Assembly: GCA_003327435.1 (NCBI GenBank)
Contig: QOQV01000005.1
Span: 21,222 to 85,221, forward strand
DNA from: Ignavibacteriota bacterium
GTDB taxonomy: Bacteria > Bacteroidota > Ignavibacteria > UBA10030 > BY39
DNA length: 64,000 nt
Direction of reading: 5' to 3'
The notes under the pieces: model-generated
Seen by the model: the letters and a program-made list of their open reading frames with translations, nothing else
Told to the model about the DNA's origin: nothing
Databases searched by the model: none
Program-made: the position numbers and the translations under genes
Shown: piece after piece, positions 1-11,509 of the stretch
How the letters are laid out: each line of letters begins with the position of its first letter
How positions within the stretch are numbered: position 1 is the first letter of the stretch

Positions 1-257
1 ATGGTGGTGACATTGTAGGGATTTCCATAGGCTTGGGCATAAACCAAATAATCATTCAATTTGTCTTCTTTATATTATTGGTAATCAACCGAGAAATAAT
101 TATTCAAAAAATCTTCCCTGTTTATCAGGTGAAAACAAAACATTTTCTATTCAGACCTTTAATAAAATCGAAATAGCATATATATAATCAAAACACAATT
201 GTAACTATCCAATTTTGAGCTCACGATGTAATATTTTATATTTCAAATAAAATATTA

Positions 258-2318
258 ATGAAAAAACAAAATAAATTTATCAATAAACTTATCAACGAAA
301 AAAGTCCTTACCTGCTTCAACACGCACACAATCCAGTCGATTGGTATCCATGGAATGAAGAAGCTTTTACAAGAGCTAAATTAGAAAATAAACCAATCTT
401 CCTCTCGATTGGATACTCAACCTGTCACTGGTGCCATGTAATGGAAAAAGAAAGTTTTGAAGATGAAAATGTCGCAAATATTCTAAACAAGTATTTTATC
501 TCCATCAAGGTTGACCGCGAGGAAAGACCCGATATCGATATGATATATATGAATTTCTGTATGATGTTAACTGGTTCAGGTGGTTGGCCCTTAACAATTT
601 TTATGACGCCTGACAAAAAACCATTTTACGCTGGCACATATTTTCCAAAAGAAAACAAATACGGCAGGATTGGATTAGTAGAACTTCTCCTGAAAATTGT
701 CGACCTGTGGAAAAATGATCATAAATCTATTATTGATTCATCCGAACAAATTTTCAATCTTCTAAATCAACCAACTACAAAACAAGTCAAAGAAGAAAAC
801 CTGAATCCACAAATTCTTAAAGAGGCATACCATACTTTTAAAAATAGATACGACAGCATCAACGGCGGCTTCGGTACAAGTCCTAAATTCCCAACACCAC
901 ATAATTATATTTTCCTTCTTCGATATTATCACCACACGGGCGATAAATTGGCTTTACAAATGGTGGAACATTCTGCAACAAAAATGAGATTAGGAGGGAT
1001 ATTTGATCAAATAGGTTATGGATTTCATAGATATTCAACTGATGAAAACTGGCTTGTGCCTCACTTTGAAAAAATGCTATATGATCAGGCATTAATGGCA
1101 TATATGTATATTGAGTTATATCAAATAACCAAAAATAATTTTTATAAAAATGTAGTAGAAGAAATTTTCGAATATGTACTGAGAGATATGACGGGTGAAA
1201 ATGGTGGTTTTTTTTCAGCAGAAGACGCAGACAGCGAAGGAAAAGAAGGAAAATTCTATCTCTGGAAATATGAAGAATTAAAAAGTATTTTAGGAAATGA
1301 GGCAAATATCTTTATTGATGTATTCAATGTAACTGAAAACGGAAATTTTCATAGTGAATTACATTCACATGGGGAAAACATCTTATATCTGAAAAAAACA
1401 TTGCATGAAATAGCGTCTGAAAAAAAGATCACAGAATCTAAAATTGAAAAAATTCGCAAGATATTATTTGATTACAGGAAAAAACGGATTCCACCATTAA
1501 AAGATGATAAAATACTAACTGATTGGAATGGATTAATGATTGCAGCGATGGCATATGCTGCACGGGTTTTTAAATCGGAAAAATATCTTCAAACAGCATC
1601 TAATGCTACAAAGTTTATATTGGATAATATGATAAAACAAAATGGATGCCTTTACCATAGATATCGCGATAAAGATATTAGTTTCGAGGGTAATTTAGAT
1701 GATTATGCATTTTTGATATGGGGACTATTGGAATTATATCAGTCCAGTTTTGAAGTGAAATACTTAAAGGAAGCAATTACTCTGCAGGATACGCAAATTA
1801 AAAAATTCTGGGATGATACTGATGGGGGTTTTTTCTTTACAGAAAAGAAACAAACTGAAGATTTAATTCAAAGGCACAAAGTTTGTCATGATAGCGCTAT
1901 TCCCTCTGGAAATTCAATATCACTAAATAATTTGTTAAAACTTTACTATATCACTGGAAATACAGTTTATCTTGAGTACTCACATAAATTAATTAAATAT
2001 TGTGCGGGTGAGGTAAATTCATCTCCATATTACTATACAATGTTACTATCGGCTTATTTATATTTAAATTCTCCATCACAGGAAATTGTAATTGTTGGCA
2101 ACAAGAATGAAGCAGAAGCAATCATAAACATTATAAATCAAAAGTATAATCCATATCGGATTATAATTTTAAAATCTGAAGAAGAAGGTTTCGATGAAAT
2201 TGCTCCATTCACAACGGAGATGAAAAAAATCCAGAACAAACCGACGGTTTATATTTGTGAAAACTTTACCTGCAAATTACCAGTCAATACAATTGAGGAA
2301 GTGGAGAAGATTATATAA
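258..2318 (+). CDS. Thioredoxin-domain protein, YyaL/SSP411 (DUF255) family, with (alpha/alpha)6 barrel
   Basis: Family signatures [62 protein letters not shown]. Confidence 0.93.
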   Translation: MKKQNKFINKLINEKSPYLLQHAHNPVDWYPWNEEAFTRAKLENKPIFLSIGYSTCHWCHVMEKESFEDENVANILNKYFISIKVDREERPDIDMIYMNFCMMLTGSGGWPLTIFMTPDKKPFYAGTYFPKENKYGRIGLVELLLKIVDLWKNDHKSIIDSSEQIFNLLNQPTTKQVKEENLNPQILKEAYHTFKNRYDSINGGFGTSPKFPTPHNYIFLLRYYHHTGDKLALQMVEHSATKMRLGGIFDQIGYGFHRYSTDENWLVPHFEKMLYDQALMAYMYIELYQITKNNFYKNVVEEIFEYVLRDMTGENGGFFSAEDADSEGKEGKFYLWKYEELKSILGNEANIFIDVFNVTENGNFHSELHSHGENILYLKKTLHEIASEKKITESKIEKIRKILFDYRKKRIPPLKDDKILTDWNGLMIAAMAYAARVFKSEKYLQTASNATKFILDNMIKQNGCLYHRYRDKDISFEGNLDDYAFLIWGLLELYQSSFEVKYLKEAITLQDTQIKKFWDDTDGGFFFTEKKQTEDLIQRHKVCHDSAIPSGNSISLNNLLKLYYITGNTVYLEYSHKLIKYCAGEVNSSPYYYTMLLSAYLYLNSPSQEIVIVGNKNEAEAIINIINQKYNPYRIIILKSEEEGFDEIAPFTTEMKKIQNKPTVYICENFTCKLPVNTIEEVEKII

Positions 2319-2319
2319 A

Positions 2320-4062
2320 TTATTTTGCTTTCGTTGGTGCTAATTTGAACGGCATATGCGGTGTCAGTTTAAACTTTATCGTATGATTTCGCTCTCCAAA
2401 ATAACTAATATCACCAGTTGATATAATTTCCTGTTCCTCAATACCTTCCACAGCACCGTTTATCTTCCGCGAAACTGGATTATAACAAAATTCAAGACCT
2501 TTTGCTTCTCCCTTGGATAAATCAAGCCAGCTATTAAAAACCATAGTACCAATCTTATAATTTTGTTTAATTGAAATTGTAATTGGAATACTCAAAGAAC
2601 TCATCATAGGAATTTTCAATTTTACTGGTGATTCAATTATGCCATCCTTATTCCAATCGGCAATTTTTTCAACAAAATTCTGTCCACCAGCATCCACAAA
2701 AATCTCAAAACTTAAAGGAGAAACATTATTTTTTTCATTCCTCGCTGTATAATTAGTTATTCCATTAATTCTTGTAATTTCTAAATATAATTCTCTATCC
2801 CTTCTTGATGGTTGGGTAATGTTCGCTGAAAATAGATTATTCCTTACATTAAAACCTTTTTCATTATTATAAAATACCAGCAGGAATTTTTTCGTGCCAA
2901 TAAGATAATCGATGTTTAAATATGCGTAGATTCTACCTTTCAAGGATTCGATTAATTTATTATATGCATTAGCTTTGTAAATATAATAACTGTTTTTATC
3001 GTTGCCTATCAATTCAATTTCTCTAAATATGGATAAAGTATCATCAACAAATTTTATTTTACCATCTATACCGGCTTCTACAATTTCAAAATCCACATTC
3101 AACGAACCTGATAAAACCAGATATATATTGGGAATCAATTTCTCGTGTAATTTTAGATTATCAGGCGTAAAAGTTTTATCCATCCCGACATTACCTGTTA
3201 TACTAAATGTACCACTAACATCAAATGGTCCAAGGGAAAATTCAATTCCCGTTTCCCACTCTAAATTTTTATAATATTTTTTCTGAACACTGCTTTTAAA
3301 GTTATCATCAATTACTTTTTCATTGAACAAAAACAAGTCCATTTGATTTTGAAAAGGTTTATTAAAAATCCTGTCCTGAAAATAAAGTGCAGGTATGTTC
3401 TCTTTAAAAATTCTAACTTTAACCTCAAATTTTGATAATGTTGAAACATAAAGAGCAGAATTTTTTTCCTCTGCATTAAGCTCCGTATTTGATAAAATCT
3501 CCAAACCAAGATTATCATCCCCAAAAGATTCAGACCACTCTTTATTATTTTTAATTGGCCATGGCTCCTGCGGTGTTCCTGATTTTAATGCAGATTGAAT
3601 TTCGTCATCTGTTAAAATACCACAGGGAGTAATTCTGAGCTCTTGAGGCATAATCTTATCACTCGAAAGTTCAAGTATTTTAGTTTGCTTCTCGATAAGT
3701 TCGTATGGATAATTAAGTTCACCAATTATTATTTCATTTTGATCATCTTTCAATGAATATCCCCATTCATTTAATTTCCTTTCGATCTCATTAACATCCT
3801 TTAAAAACTTTTCAGCAGGTATTGTTCTCCCATTCTTCAATTTTATATTATCATTGGAATTAACACGAAAATCTTCAAACGAAAAAGGAATAAACGGTAT
3901 TGGTTTCAACTTTCGGAATTTAAATTCTTTGCTATGCAAACTTATAACTTGCCTATTCTTAAATTTAACAACATCCTGAAGTTTTAACTGAGGTTGAAGA
4001 GGTTGGGCATAAATCAATGCTTCAAAAAATAAAAAGAGGAAAATTAATATTCGATTTATCAT
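2320..4062 (-). CDS. Secreted hypothetical protein (580 aa), beta-rich central region
   Basis: Long ORF with N-terminal signal peptide (MINRILIFLFLFFEALIYAQ); no family motif recognised. Confidence 0.75.
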   Translation of the reverse strand: MINRILIFLFLFFEALIYAQPLQPQLKLQDVVKFKNRQVISLHSKEFKFRKLKPIPFIPFSFEDFRVNSNDNIKLKNGRTIPAEKFLKDVNEIERKLNEWGYSLKDDQNEIIIGELNYPYELIEKQTKILELSSDKIMPQELRITPCGILTDDEIQSALKSGTPQEPWPIKNNKEWSESFGDDNLGLEILSNTELNAEEKNSALYVSTLSKFEVKVRIFKENIPALYFQDRIFNKPFQNQMDLFLFNEKVIDDNFKSSVQKKYYKNLEWETGIEFSLGPFDVSGTFSITGNVGMDKTFTPDNLKLHEKLIPNIYLVLSGSLNVDFEIVEAGIDGKIKFVDDTLSIFREIELIGNDKNSYYIYKANAYNKLIESLKGRIYAYLNIDYLIGTKKFLLVFYNNEKGFNVRNNLFSANITQPSRRDRELYLEITRINGITNYTARNEKNNVSPLSFEIFVDAGGQNFVEKIADWNKDGIIESPVKLKIPMMSSLSIPITISIKQNYKIGTMVFNSWLDLSKGEAKGLEFCYNPVSRKINGAVEGIEEQEIISTGDISYFGERNHTIKFKLTPHMPFKLAPTKAK

Positions 4063-4242
4063 ATATTCAACCCTTAAATTATTAAAAATTTACACGAATA
4101 CAGGGATAAAATTAATAAAAATTTTGAAATTTTAAAACATACATAGAATTGAAAGCGTAACGGTCGATGATTGAATAAAATTGTTAATTTTGTTTTAAGA
4201 GTTCATTTTATTAAATTAATTTCAACAAATTTATTGCCTGAA

Positions 4243-5175
4243 ATGAAAATTAAAATAACATTATTTATATTCGTCTTATACACAAACTTATTTGCGACTA
4301 ACAACAAGACATTTAATTTTTTATTGAATGATGCGGGAGCGAGATCCGCTGCTTTAGGTGGAAACACCATTATACTTGAAGATGATCCAAATGTTACTTT
4401 TTATAATCCTGCATCGATTGTACGAATTTCTAATCAGCAAATATCTTTCGGATACTTCAAACACTTACTCGATATTAACGCTGGCCATGCAAGTTATGTA
4501 AGATACATTGAAGATTTTGGATATGTTGGAGCAGGAATCCTTTACACTAATTACGGTGAATTTGATAGACGAAATGAATTTGGAGATATTTTAGGAAACT
4601 TTTCTGCTTATGATTTTTCCCTATCGGTTGCTTATGCTAATGCTTTAACTGAAAATATCTCATATGGCGGTGGATTAAAATTTATATACTCAAAAATTGA
4701 TAGATACTCTTCCACAGCTATGGCTGTTGATCTGGGGGCTCTGTACACAATCACACCAGGTAAATTTTATATTGCCGCAAGTTTAACGAACTTAGGTACA
4801 CAATTAAACCCATATGTTCACACGCGAGAAAATTTACCAACAGATTTTACAATAGGAGCAACTATTAAACCAGAGCATCTACCACTTGTACTAAATATCA
4901 GTTTTAGTAAATTATTTACTACTCGTGACAATTTTATTTCTCATTTCAAAGCATTCAGTTTGGGTGGAGAATTTACAGTAAGTCCAAATGTTTTTTTACG
5001 CTTTGGGTACAACAATGAGAAAAGACAGGAGCTTAAAATTGGTAATACATCTGGATTGGCTGGTTTTTCAGCTGGATTGGGTTTTAAACTGGAACAGTAT
5101 AAACTGGATTACGCTTACAACTCTCTTGGGAAAGTCGGGGGATATCATAGAATAACTTTGGGATTATTTTTTTAA
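4243..5175 (+). CDS. porQ: Type IX secretion system outer-membrane beta-barrel, PorQ/PorV family
   Basis: FLLNDAGARSAALGG, FYNPA, LRFGYN...R.ELK, GFSAGLG...DYAY motifs and C-terminal Phe; ATG at 4243 gives a clean signal peptide (ORF track uses TTG 4171); PorQ versus PorV is tentative. Confidence 0.75.
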   Translation: MKIKITLFIFVLYTNLFATNNKTFNFLLNDAGARSAALGGNTIILEDDPNVTFYNPASIVRISNQQISFGYFKHLLDINAGHASYVRYIEDFGYVGAGILYTNYGEFDRRNEFGDILGNFSAYDFSLSVAYANALTENISYGGGLKFIYSKIDRYSSTAMAVDLGALYTITPGKFYIAASLTNLGTQLNPYVHTRENLPTDFTIGATIKPEHLPLVLNISFSKLFTTRDNFISHFKAFSLGGEFTVSPNVFLRFGYNNEKRQELKIGNTSGLAGFSAGLGFKLEQYKLDYAYNSLGKVGGYHRITLGLFF

Positions 5176-5180
5176 ATAAC

Positions 5181-7400
5181 TTACTTTAGAATTATCTGAC
5201 CATCCTGATAAACTTTTACCCAATATCCTTTACCAGGAAGAATTATAGTTGTTGGCAAATATCCACTTTCATATCCATAAAAACTGCTACTTAATAAATT
5301 TTCTGGAATTGTCCGAATATCAACCACATTAATTTGATGATTTAAACCACCAATTAAATTCCATCCAGTTTTTACACTTATTATGATGCTATCCATTTCC
5401 AAACCATTAATATTGTATGTTCTGGCTGAATTAAATTTCAACCAGTATCCGAGTCCATTGTAAATACTATCAGATTGTACATATCCGTTATCGTATCTAA
5501 AAGCGTTCGATGTTGCATCTGGGAACAAGAAAGTTTTCCTATTGTCGATTACATTAACTGGTAAAGATATCAGATTCCATCCTGTATTTACATTAACTGT
5601 TGCGGTATATTGTTGTGAACTTTTTGCAAATGATAAAATTTGTAGGTCATCAACATAAAATCCATCTGCAGTAGTTGAACCATCACTCTTAAAATAAAAT
5701 CTTAATTGAATATTTTTATTTTGAAGATTACTTATATCGATTTCCTCATTTACCCAGGAGTTTTGGATTCCATTGTAAACGGGTTGGTTTATTGGCTGGA
5801 ATGTCCCAAAACTATTTATGGTATATTTACCTGATAATGGTATCCAGCTTGCACCATAATTTGTACTTGCCATTACCTGGACATAGTCGTAACCAAGTTC
5901 CAGGTTCCATTTTGCAGAAAATCTCAGCAATGAACCAAGCTGATCAGGCAATTGAATCGTATCTTTAAGTGTAAGTGTATTCGTTACACTATTAGGATAA
6001 TTACCACCTGGTGAATCAGTCATTGAGAATGGTGCTGACACATAGCTGCTGCTTGTTAAACCCCATAAGGAATTTGAAATCCAGTGAGAATTGTTGGAAA
6101 AATCATCTGAGAAAATGGCGGTTTGATTTGCTATAAAATAACGGAAATATTCTGATGGTGGAACTGTTCCGGGTGGATTAATCCCGCTTCCGCCAGCAGG
6201 CAATGTTTCAATCACTTTGCCTTCTTCATCTTGTACAGCAATGTAATATTCCACAATACTACCTAATTGTTGAGAAGGAATGATAAATTGATATTGTTGT
6301 CCGGATGGACCATCTGCATCGATAGCGAAAGCAAAATTACCAAAACCCTGACCTGTATTCACACGATAATATAAACGTGGTTGTGCAATACCGGTTCCTA
6401 TTCCAGAATTGCTCTGAATATTAACATTAATAGTATCAGGTAAAGTATTACTTTTTGAGGATACAGGATTATGAGTAAATTGGATTTTTAAATTCATAGC
6501 ATATTTTGCTGTGGTAATTATTGCCGATTTAGCTAACTTAAAAAAGTAATTCTGATTTATGTATTGAAATCGGTCGTTAGATGTGTGATAATTTGGATTA
6601 AAATCAAATTCATCGTCTTCAATAACAAGGATTGCACCATAATTTTTATTAAGAAAGGATTGTTGATCACTATTTGCCTGCATATTTACAAGGACCGGAA
6701 TGAGATCAATATTATAGAGATAAAGGTTCTGAATAAAATCATTTGCAATTTGATTTGTATTTGCGATATTTGAGGTATAGACAGTAATCAATTTATCATT
6801 ATCACTATCGTAACCAATCATATCCAGATTTATCACACCTAAAATTGAATCTCCTCTGGTTCTGGCTTGAGTCGCATAATAATTACTTCCTACAAGTCCC
6901 TGTTCTTCTTCATCAAATGTTATAAATTTTAGAGTATAGAACAAATTATATTTCGAAAGCACCCTTGCACACTCGATCACTGCAGCAGTACCACTTGCGT
7001 TATCATCGGCACCCGGAGCATTAGAACTTGCAGGCAAATCGTCATAATGAGAAGAAATAATATAATATCTATTTGGATACACAGAACCAGTTTTTGTGCC
7101 GATCACATTTGTACCTGTTGAACTGAAATTTTCATAAGTGGTAGTTAAACCAAATGAATTAAACTTTTCATAAATGTATTCAGCAGCCTTTTGATTCCCT
7201 GATTGCGTTTTATATCGAGAAGTGATTGTATACGGTGATCCTCCTATGACACAACTTGTATCTCCAGACAATTGCCTGATATATAATTTTAAACTATCTA
7301 AAGATACATCGTTTGCGATTTGTTGTACAATAGAATATTGGCTTAAGCTAAAGCTTTTAACAAAAACTAATATTAAAATAAATTTTATAATATTTTTCAT
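5181..7400 (-). CDS. Secreted M28 family zinc peptidase with C-terminal beta-sandwich modules, no T9SS CTD
   Basis: SSHYDD, PGADDNASG, FDEEEQGLVGS, NLDMIG, SDQQSF, YHT motifs; ends in a GWNL/GYWVKV module. Confidence 0.88.
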   Translation of the reverse strand: MKNIIKFILILVFVKSFSLSQYSIVQQIANDVSLDSLKLYIRQLSGDTSCVIGGSPYTITSRYKTQSGNQKAAEYIYEKFNSFGLTTTYENFSSTGTNVIGTKTGSVYPNRYYIISSHYDDLPASSNAPGADDNASGTAAVIECARVLSKYNLFYTLKFITFDEEEQGLVGSNYYATQARTRGDSILGVINLDMIGYDSDNDKLITVYTSNIANTNQIANDFIQNLYLYNIDLIPVLVNMQANSDQQSFLNKNYGAILVIEDDEFDFNPNYHTSNDRFQYINQNYFFKLAKSAIITTAKYAMNLKIQFTHNPVSSKSNTLPDTINVNIQSNSGIGTGIAQPRLYYRVNTGQGFGNFAFAIDADGPSGQQYQFIIPSQQLGSIVEYYIAVQDEEGKVIETLPAGGSGINPPGTVPPSEYFRYFIANQTAIFSDDFSNNSHWISNSLWGLTSSSYVSAPFSMTDSPGGNYPNSVTNTLTLKDTIQLPDQLGSLLRFSAKWNLELGYDYVQVMASTNYGASWIPLSGKYTINSFGTFQPINQPVYNGIQNSWVNEEIDISNLQNKNIQLRFYFKSDGSTTADGFYVDDLQILSFAKSSQQYTATVNVNTGWNLISLPVNVIDNRKTFLFPDATSNAFRYDNGYVQSDSIYNGLGYWLKFNSARTYNINGLEMDSIIISVKTGWNLIGGLNHQINVVDIRTIPENLLSSSFYGYESGYLPTTIILPGKGYWVKVYQDGQIILK

Positions 7401-7454
7401 TCATTTGCCTTTCAAGTAGAAAAGAACTATATAATTGATAAATTGCTGATGAAA

Positions 7455-10400
7455 CTATTTGATTAGTATAAGTTTCCTCACATTTGTGTATTCAGATGTT
7501 GACATCTTACAAAAATATATACCAGAGGGCAACCCGGCAGATTCAAACGAAACAGAATGGTATCCCTCCTGTTTAAATTCATTAACCAATGTAACTAACT
7601 CTTCGCCAAGAGGATTATAAATTTTAATTGTAACAAAATCGGGTTTTGGTAATTCATACTTTATTAGTGTAATTGAGTTAAACGGATTAGGATAATTTTG
7701 ATGCAATAAAAATTTTTCTGGTATCGATTTTTCCTTTTCCAGATAAATTGGATTTATATGCAACAAACCTGATGGAATTTGATTTATAATTGCGGTACCA
7801 CTTTTACCTTCTAAAAGTGCTACCAACGACTTTGAATCATCATATATTTCATATTTTAAGTTTTCTGGATTATCCCACGAAAGTTTTATTGGATAACTTG
7901 CATTTGTAATAATAATCATATCTTTTTTAGTATCTACTGAGCTGAAAAGATAACCACCATTACTAAATCTTACATCAAAAGCATCAGATGGTGGCAAGGG
8001 TGGTGCTGATAAATATTCCCTGATAGTTTCATCTACCTTCAAATCTGTAAAGTATAAAATTTGAACATTGCCATCGTTATCATTGATTTGCAATTTATTA
8101 ATATTGTTTAAGATTTCTTCAACGGTTTCATTTTTTGTAAAAGTTAAATTTGTTTTAATCTTCAACTTACCATTTTGATTTACCTTAACCCAATAACCCT
8201 GCGCAGGTTTGAGAGAATCACTCATGAAATAGCCGTTTTTATACCCATAAAATGCAGATGTTATTATGCCAGGTGGTTGAGATATAACTGAGGTTGTTCT
8301 TACAGGATAACTAATATTTCCAATTAAATTCCATCCACTTTTTACCTCGACACTGTCTTCATTAAAAATTGTACCAGCGATCCAGATTGTATGAGGAACT
8401 GTGAATTTTAACCAGTAACCTTGCATATAATTTAGCGTATCTTTTGCAATGTAACCATTATCAAACGCAAATGCAGAGGAGGCTGCACTCCCAAATATTG
8501 TAGATTTACGCCGATCATTTACTCTTAACGGAACTGACATAAGATTCCATCTTCCATCAACTTGATAATTAACCGCATTAGATGAATAATTTCCAAAATC
8601 AAGTACTCCACTCAGGTTACCTGAATTTATATATATAGAATAATTACTAATAGGCATCGTTTGTATCCAACCAGATTTTAACACCTGACTCACATTATAC
8701 AATCCAAATGGTATATTTTGAAAAACATACTTGCCACTTGAATCAGTTATAGCGGAATCTTTTTTTGCACCAGTTATCATTACTTTCCATCCAGCAAGTG
8801 GAAGATCAGTTTGATCCTTGATACCATTATTATTTACATCAAAAAATACAGTTCCCGAAATATAAGTTGACTGTTTATACATAATAGTGACTATATCCGA
8901 ATAATCCAGTGAGTCATATTCAACACCCGTAACAAATATATCTCCCAGATCATCAACTGCAATAGCCATTACCTCACCTGATGTACTGTAGGAATCATAA
9001 TAATAGACAACCCATTGTAAGGTACCTGTTGAGTTGTATTTAAGAGTGACATAATTATTTTTTCCAGTCGGGTTTTCAACTGTACCGGAAACATAGGAAT
9101 TTCCCCATTGATCAACATACAAATCTTCGAGATAATCATAATCATTATAAATTCCGTTATATTTTGCTTCCCATAATTTTACTCCACCTGCCGAATATTT
9201 CAATAATAACATATCACAGAAGGAAGAACCATTTTCAGTCCAAGCACCTAAATAAATATCGCCATTTGGGATCACAGAAATTTTTTTCGGGTAGTCATAT
9301 CCATTTGACGAATTATTGTATGTCTGGATCCAGCTTTGAATACCCGAAGAATTATATTTTATCAAAACAATATCTATCCCGGTTCCAAAATTAGCACTGG
9401 CAACACTCATTATAACATTACCAAATGTATCAGCAACAACTGAGGTTGGTATATCGTTATCATTATTGGGTCCATTATAATATTTAACCCATTCCTGAGT
9501 TCCAGCAGTATTATATTTGATTAACGCAGCATCATATTTCCCGTTGCTATTAAATACTTGCGCTGCAATAAATATATTTCCATTTTTATCCAGACAAACC
9601 GCTGTGGGGAAATCATCAAAATTATTCGAACTATTAAAATATCTTGTCCAGAGTTGTTGCCCCTGATTATTATACTTTATTGTTACAATATCGTACTGCC
9701 CTGTTGTTGTATAACTGTAACCAACGATAATAATATTGGAAAGAGAATCAACCATTAGTTTCAACGGTCGGTCAACACTATCGGCAGAACCATTAAATTT
9801 GGTTTGCCAAATTAAATTGCCGTTTTCACTATATTTGAGAGTTACAATATCGTCATCAGAGTTATTTGAATAACTTCTACCTGTAACATATACATTCTTT
9901 TGCTTATCCACTCCCACGGCGATTGCTTCATCATTATCGTGATAGTCCCCATCATATCGAGCGCTCCATAAAATGCTTCCAGTGTTGCTATATTTTATGG
10001 TTATAAAATCGTACAAAGTTCCGTTATCATAACTTGTCCCAACTACATAAAGATTACCTGAATTATCAACTTTAATATCATAAGGATAATCTTCAAACGA
10101 CTCATCGTCAAAGAAATTGATATTTGCTGACCACTGTTGAACGCCAGATGTATTATATTTCAAAATCACGCCATCGTTTGCATTCTGTAAACTAAAGGCA
10201 TATCCTCCAATAACCAACCCACCCAAATTATCTAATTTTAATCCAACAGCTTCAGCAGGAAATTCATTTGAGAGTGTGTAACGAATAACCCACTGTTGAG
10301 CTCCAAATGCATTGTACTTTATTGTAGTTATCTCACTATTTCCATAGATATTAAAAGATGAGCCCGTAATATACACATTTTCAGAAGGGTCTGTTGCAAT

Positions 10401-11471
10401 TCCATAAGCTAAATCATCGTAGTTACCACTACCATCATATTTGGATGCCCATTCTATATTTCCATTCGAATTAACTTTTACAGTTAAAAAGTCATAGGAG
10501 CTTAAAAAATCGTATGTATAACCAGTTATGTAAACAGCACCGGCATTTGTAACTCTAAATGCAGTTGGGATGTCTTCCATATTTAAAGGTGAATTATACC
10601 TTGCTGCCCATTGCTGAGATCCTGAATTATTATATTTAACTACTGCAAAATCAATATCAGTTGTATCTCCATAACTCGAACCAAGTACATAGATGTTATT
10701 AAAATTATCCAATCCGATAGTCACAGGAATATCCTCATCGAAACCGGTTCCATCATAATAAACCTTCCAGTGGGTAAAACCGGTAGAGTCGAATTTTATC
10801 GTCATAAAATCGATAAACGAATTTGGATTATAGCTTTGACCTGTCACAAAGATATTATTATTAGCATCAATAATGACTGCGCTGGCAAAGTCGTCATCGT
10901 TTCCAATCCCGTTTTCTCTTCTCATCCACTGTAATGCTCCAGTAGAGTTATATTTTATTAGAATAAAATCACTTTTTGTCAAAGTGCTATATTGATATCC
11001 TGCTACATAAACATTTCCACGAGAATCAATCGCAATTCCGACAGATGTTTCTTCAGTTCTCGTTCCTTTGAACCTTGCAATCCATTCTCGACTTCCTAAA
11101 CTGTTATATTTTATTGTGACAATATCATAGGTTGTATCAGGACCTAACACATTTGCTGTAATATAAACATTCCCCAAAGCATCAACTTTTAAACCCCCAA
11201 GAAAATCATCTTCGTCTATGTTTTCATAATAGGTGTTGGACCACCTTAATTCACCAAATGAATTATATTTTGAAACAAAGAACTTTGTATTAGTAAGTCC
11301 TGCGACATAAATATTTCTTGAATTATCAACTTCAAGAAAGTTAATAATATCTTCAGAGCTCGATTTGTGGCTATATTTTGCTAACCATTGTTGTGTAACC
11401 TGCGACAAAGTTATGGTTGACAAAATACCAATACAAATTAGAATTTTTATATAGTTTAGTACTTTTTTCAT
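7455..11471 (-). CDS. SBBP-type beta-propeller repeat protein with SdrD-B-like domain and T9SS C-terminal domain
   Basis: About 14 repeats of D-x2-GN(V/I)YVTG...D(I/F)xTIKYNxxGxxQW; ISGTVFFDVNNNG (SdrD-B-like); QNYPNPFN...KLILIK CTD. Confidence 0.88.
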   Translation of the reverse strand: MKKVLNYIKILICIGILSTITLSQVTQQWLAKYSHKSSSEDIINFLEVDNSRNIYVAGLTNTKFFVSKYNSFGELRWSNTYYENIDEDDFLGGLKVDALGNVYITANVLGPDTTYDIVTIKYNSLGSREWIARFKGTRTEETSVGIAIDSRGNVYVAGYQYSTLTKSDFILIKYNSTGALQWMRRENGIGNDDDFASAVIIDANNNIFVTGQSYNPNSFIDFMTIKFDSTGFTHWKVYYDGTGFDEDIPVTIGLDNFNNIYVLGSSYGDTTDIDFAVVKYNNSGSQQWAARYNSPLNMEDIPTAFRVTNAGAVYITGYTYDFLSSYDFLTVKVNSNGNIEWASKYDGSGNYDDLAYGIATDPSENVYITGSSFNIYGNSEITTIKYNAFGAQQWVIRYTLSNEFPAEAVGLKLDNLGGLVIGGYAFSLQNANDGVILKYNTSGVQQWSANINFFDDESFEDYPYDIKVDNSGNLYVVGTSYDNGTLYDFITIKYSNTGSILWSARYDGDYHDNDEAIAVGVDKQKNVYVTGRSYSNNSDDDIVTLKYSENGNLIWQTKFNGSADSVDRPLKLMVDSLSNIIIVGYSYTTTGQYDIVTIKYNNQGQQLWTRYFNSSNNFDDFPTAVCLDKNGNIFIAAQVFNSNGKYDAALIKYNTAGTQEWVKYYNGPNNDNDIPTSVVADTFGNVIMSVASANFGTGIDIVLIKYNSSGIQSWIQTYNNSSNGYDYPKKISVIPNGDIYLGAWTENGSSFCDMLLLKYSAGGVKLWEAKYNGIYNDYDYLEDLYVDQWGNSYVSGTVENPTGKNNYVTLKYNSTGTLQWVVYYYDSYSTSGEVMAIAVDDLGDIFVTGVEYDSLDYSDIVTIMYKQSTYISGTVFFDVNNNGIKDQTDLPLAGWKVMITGAKKDSAITDSSGKYVFQNIPFGLYNVSQVLKSGWIQTMPISNYSIYINSGNLSGVLDFGNYSSNAVNYQVDGRWNLMSVPLRVNDRRKSTIFGSAASSAFAFDNGYIAKDTLNYMQGYWLKFTVPHTIWIAGTIFNEDSVEVKSGWNLIGNISYPVRTTSVISQPPGIITSAFYGYKNGYFMSDSLKPAQGYWVKVNQNGKLKIKTNLTFTKNETVEEILNNINKLQINDNDGNVQILYFTDLKVDETIREYLSAPPLPPSDAFDVRFSNGGYLFSSVDTKKDMIIITNASYPIKLSWDNPENLKYEIYDDSKSLVALLEGKSGTAIINQIPSGLLHINPIYLEKEKSIPEKFLLHQNYPNPFNSITLIKYELPKPDFVTIKIYNPLGEELVTLVNEFKQEGYHSVSFESAGLPSGIYFCKMSTSEYTNVRKLILIK

Positions 11472-11509
11472 TATTAAAACCTTAGTTTATTTAATATACA
11501 CAAAATAAT

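Noticed and set aside
1-180. Possible partial CDS at the window start
   Set aside because: Short open frames exist on both strands (plus GGDIVG...KSK*, minus NDYLVYAQAYGNPY or MIIWFMPKP), but strand and frame cannot be decided from this fragment.
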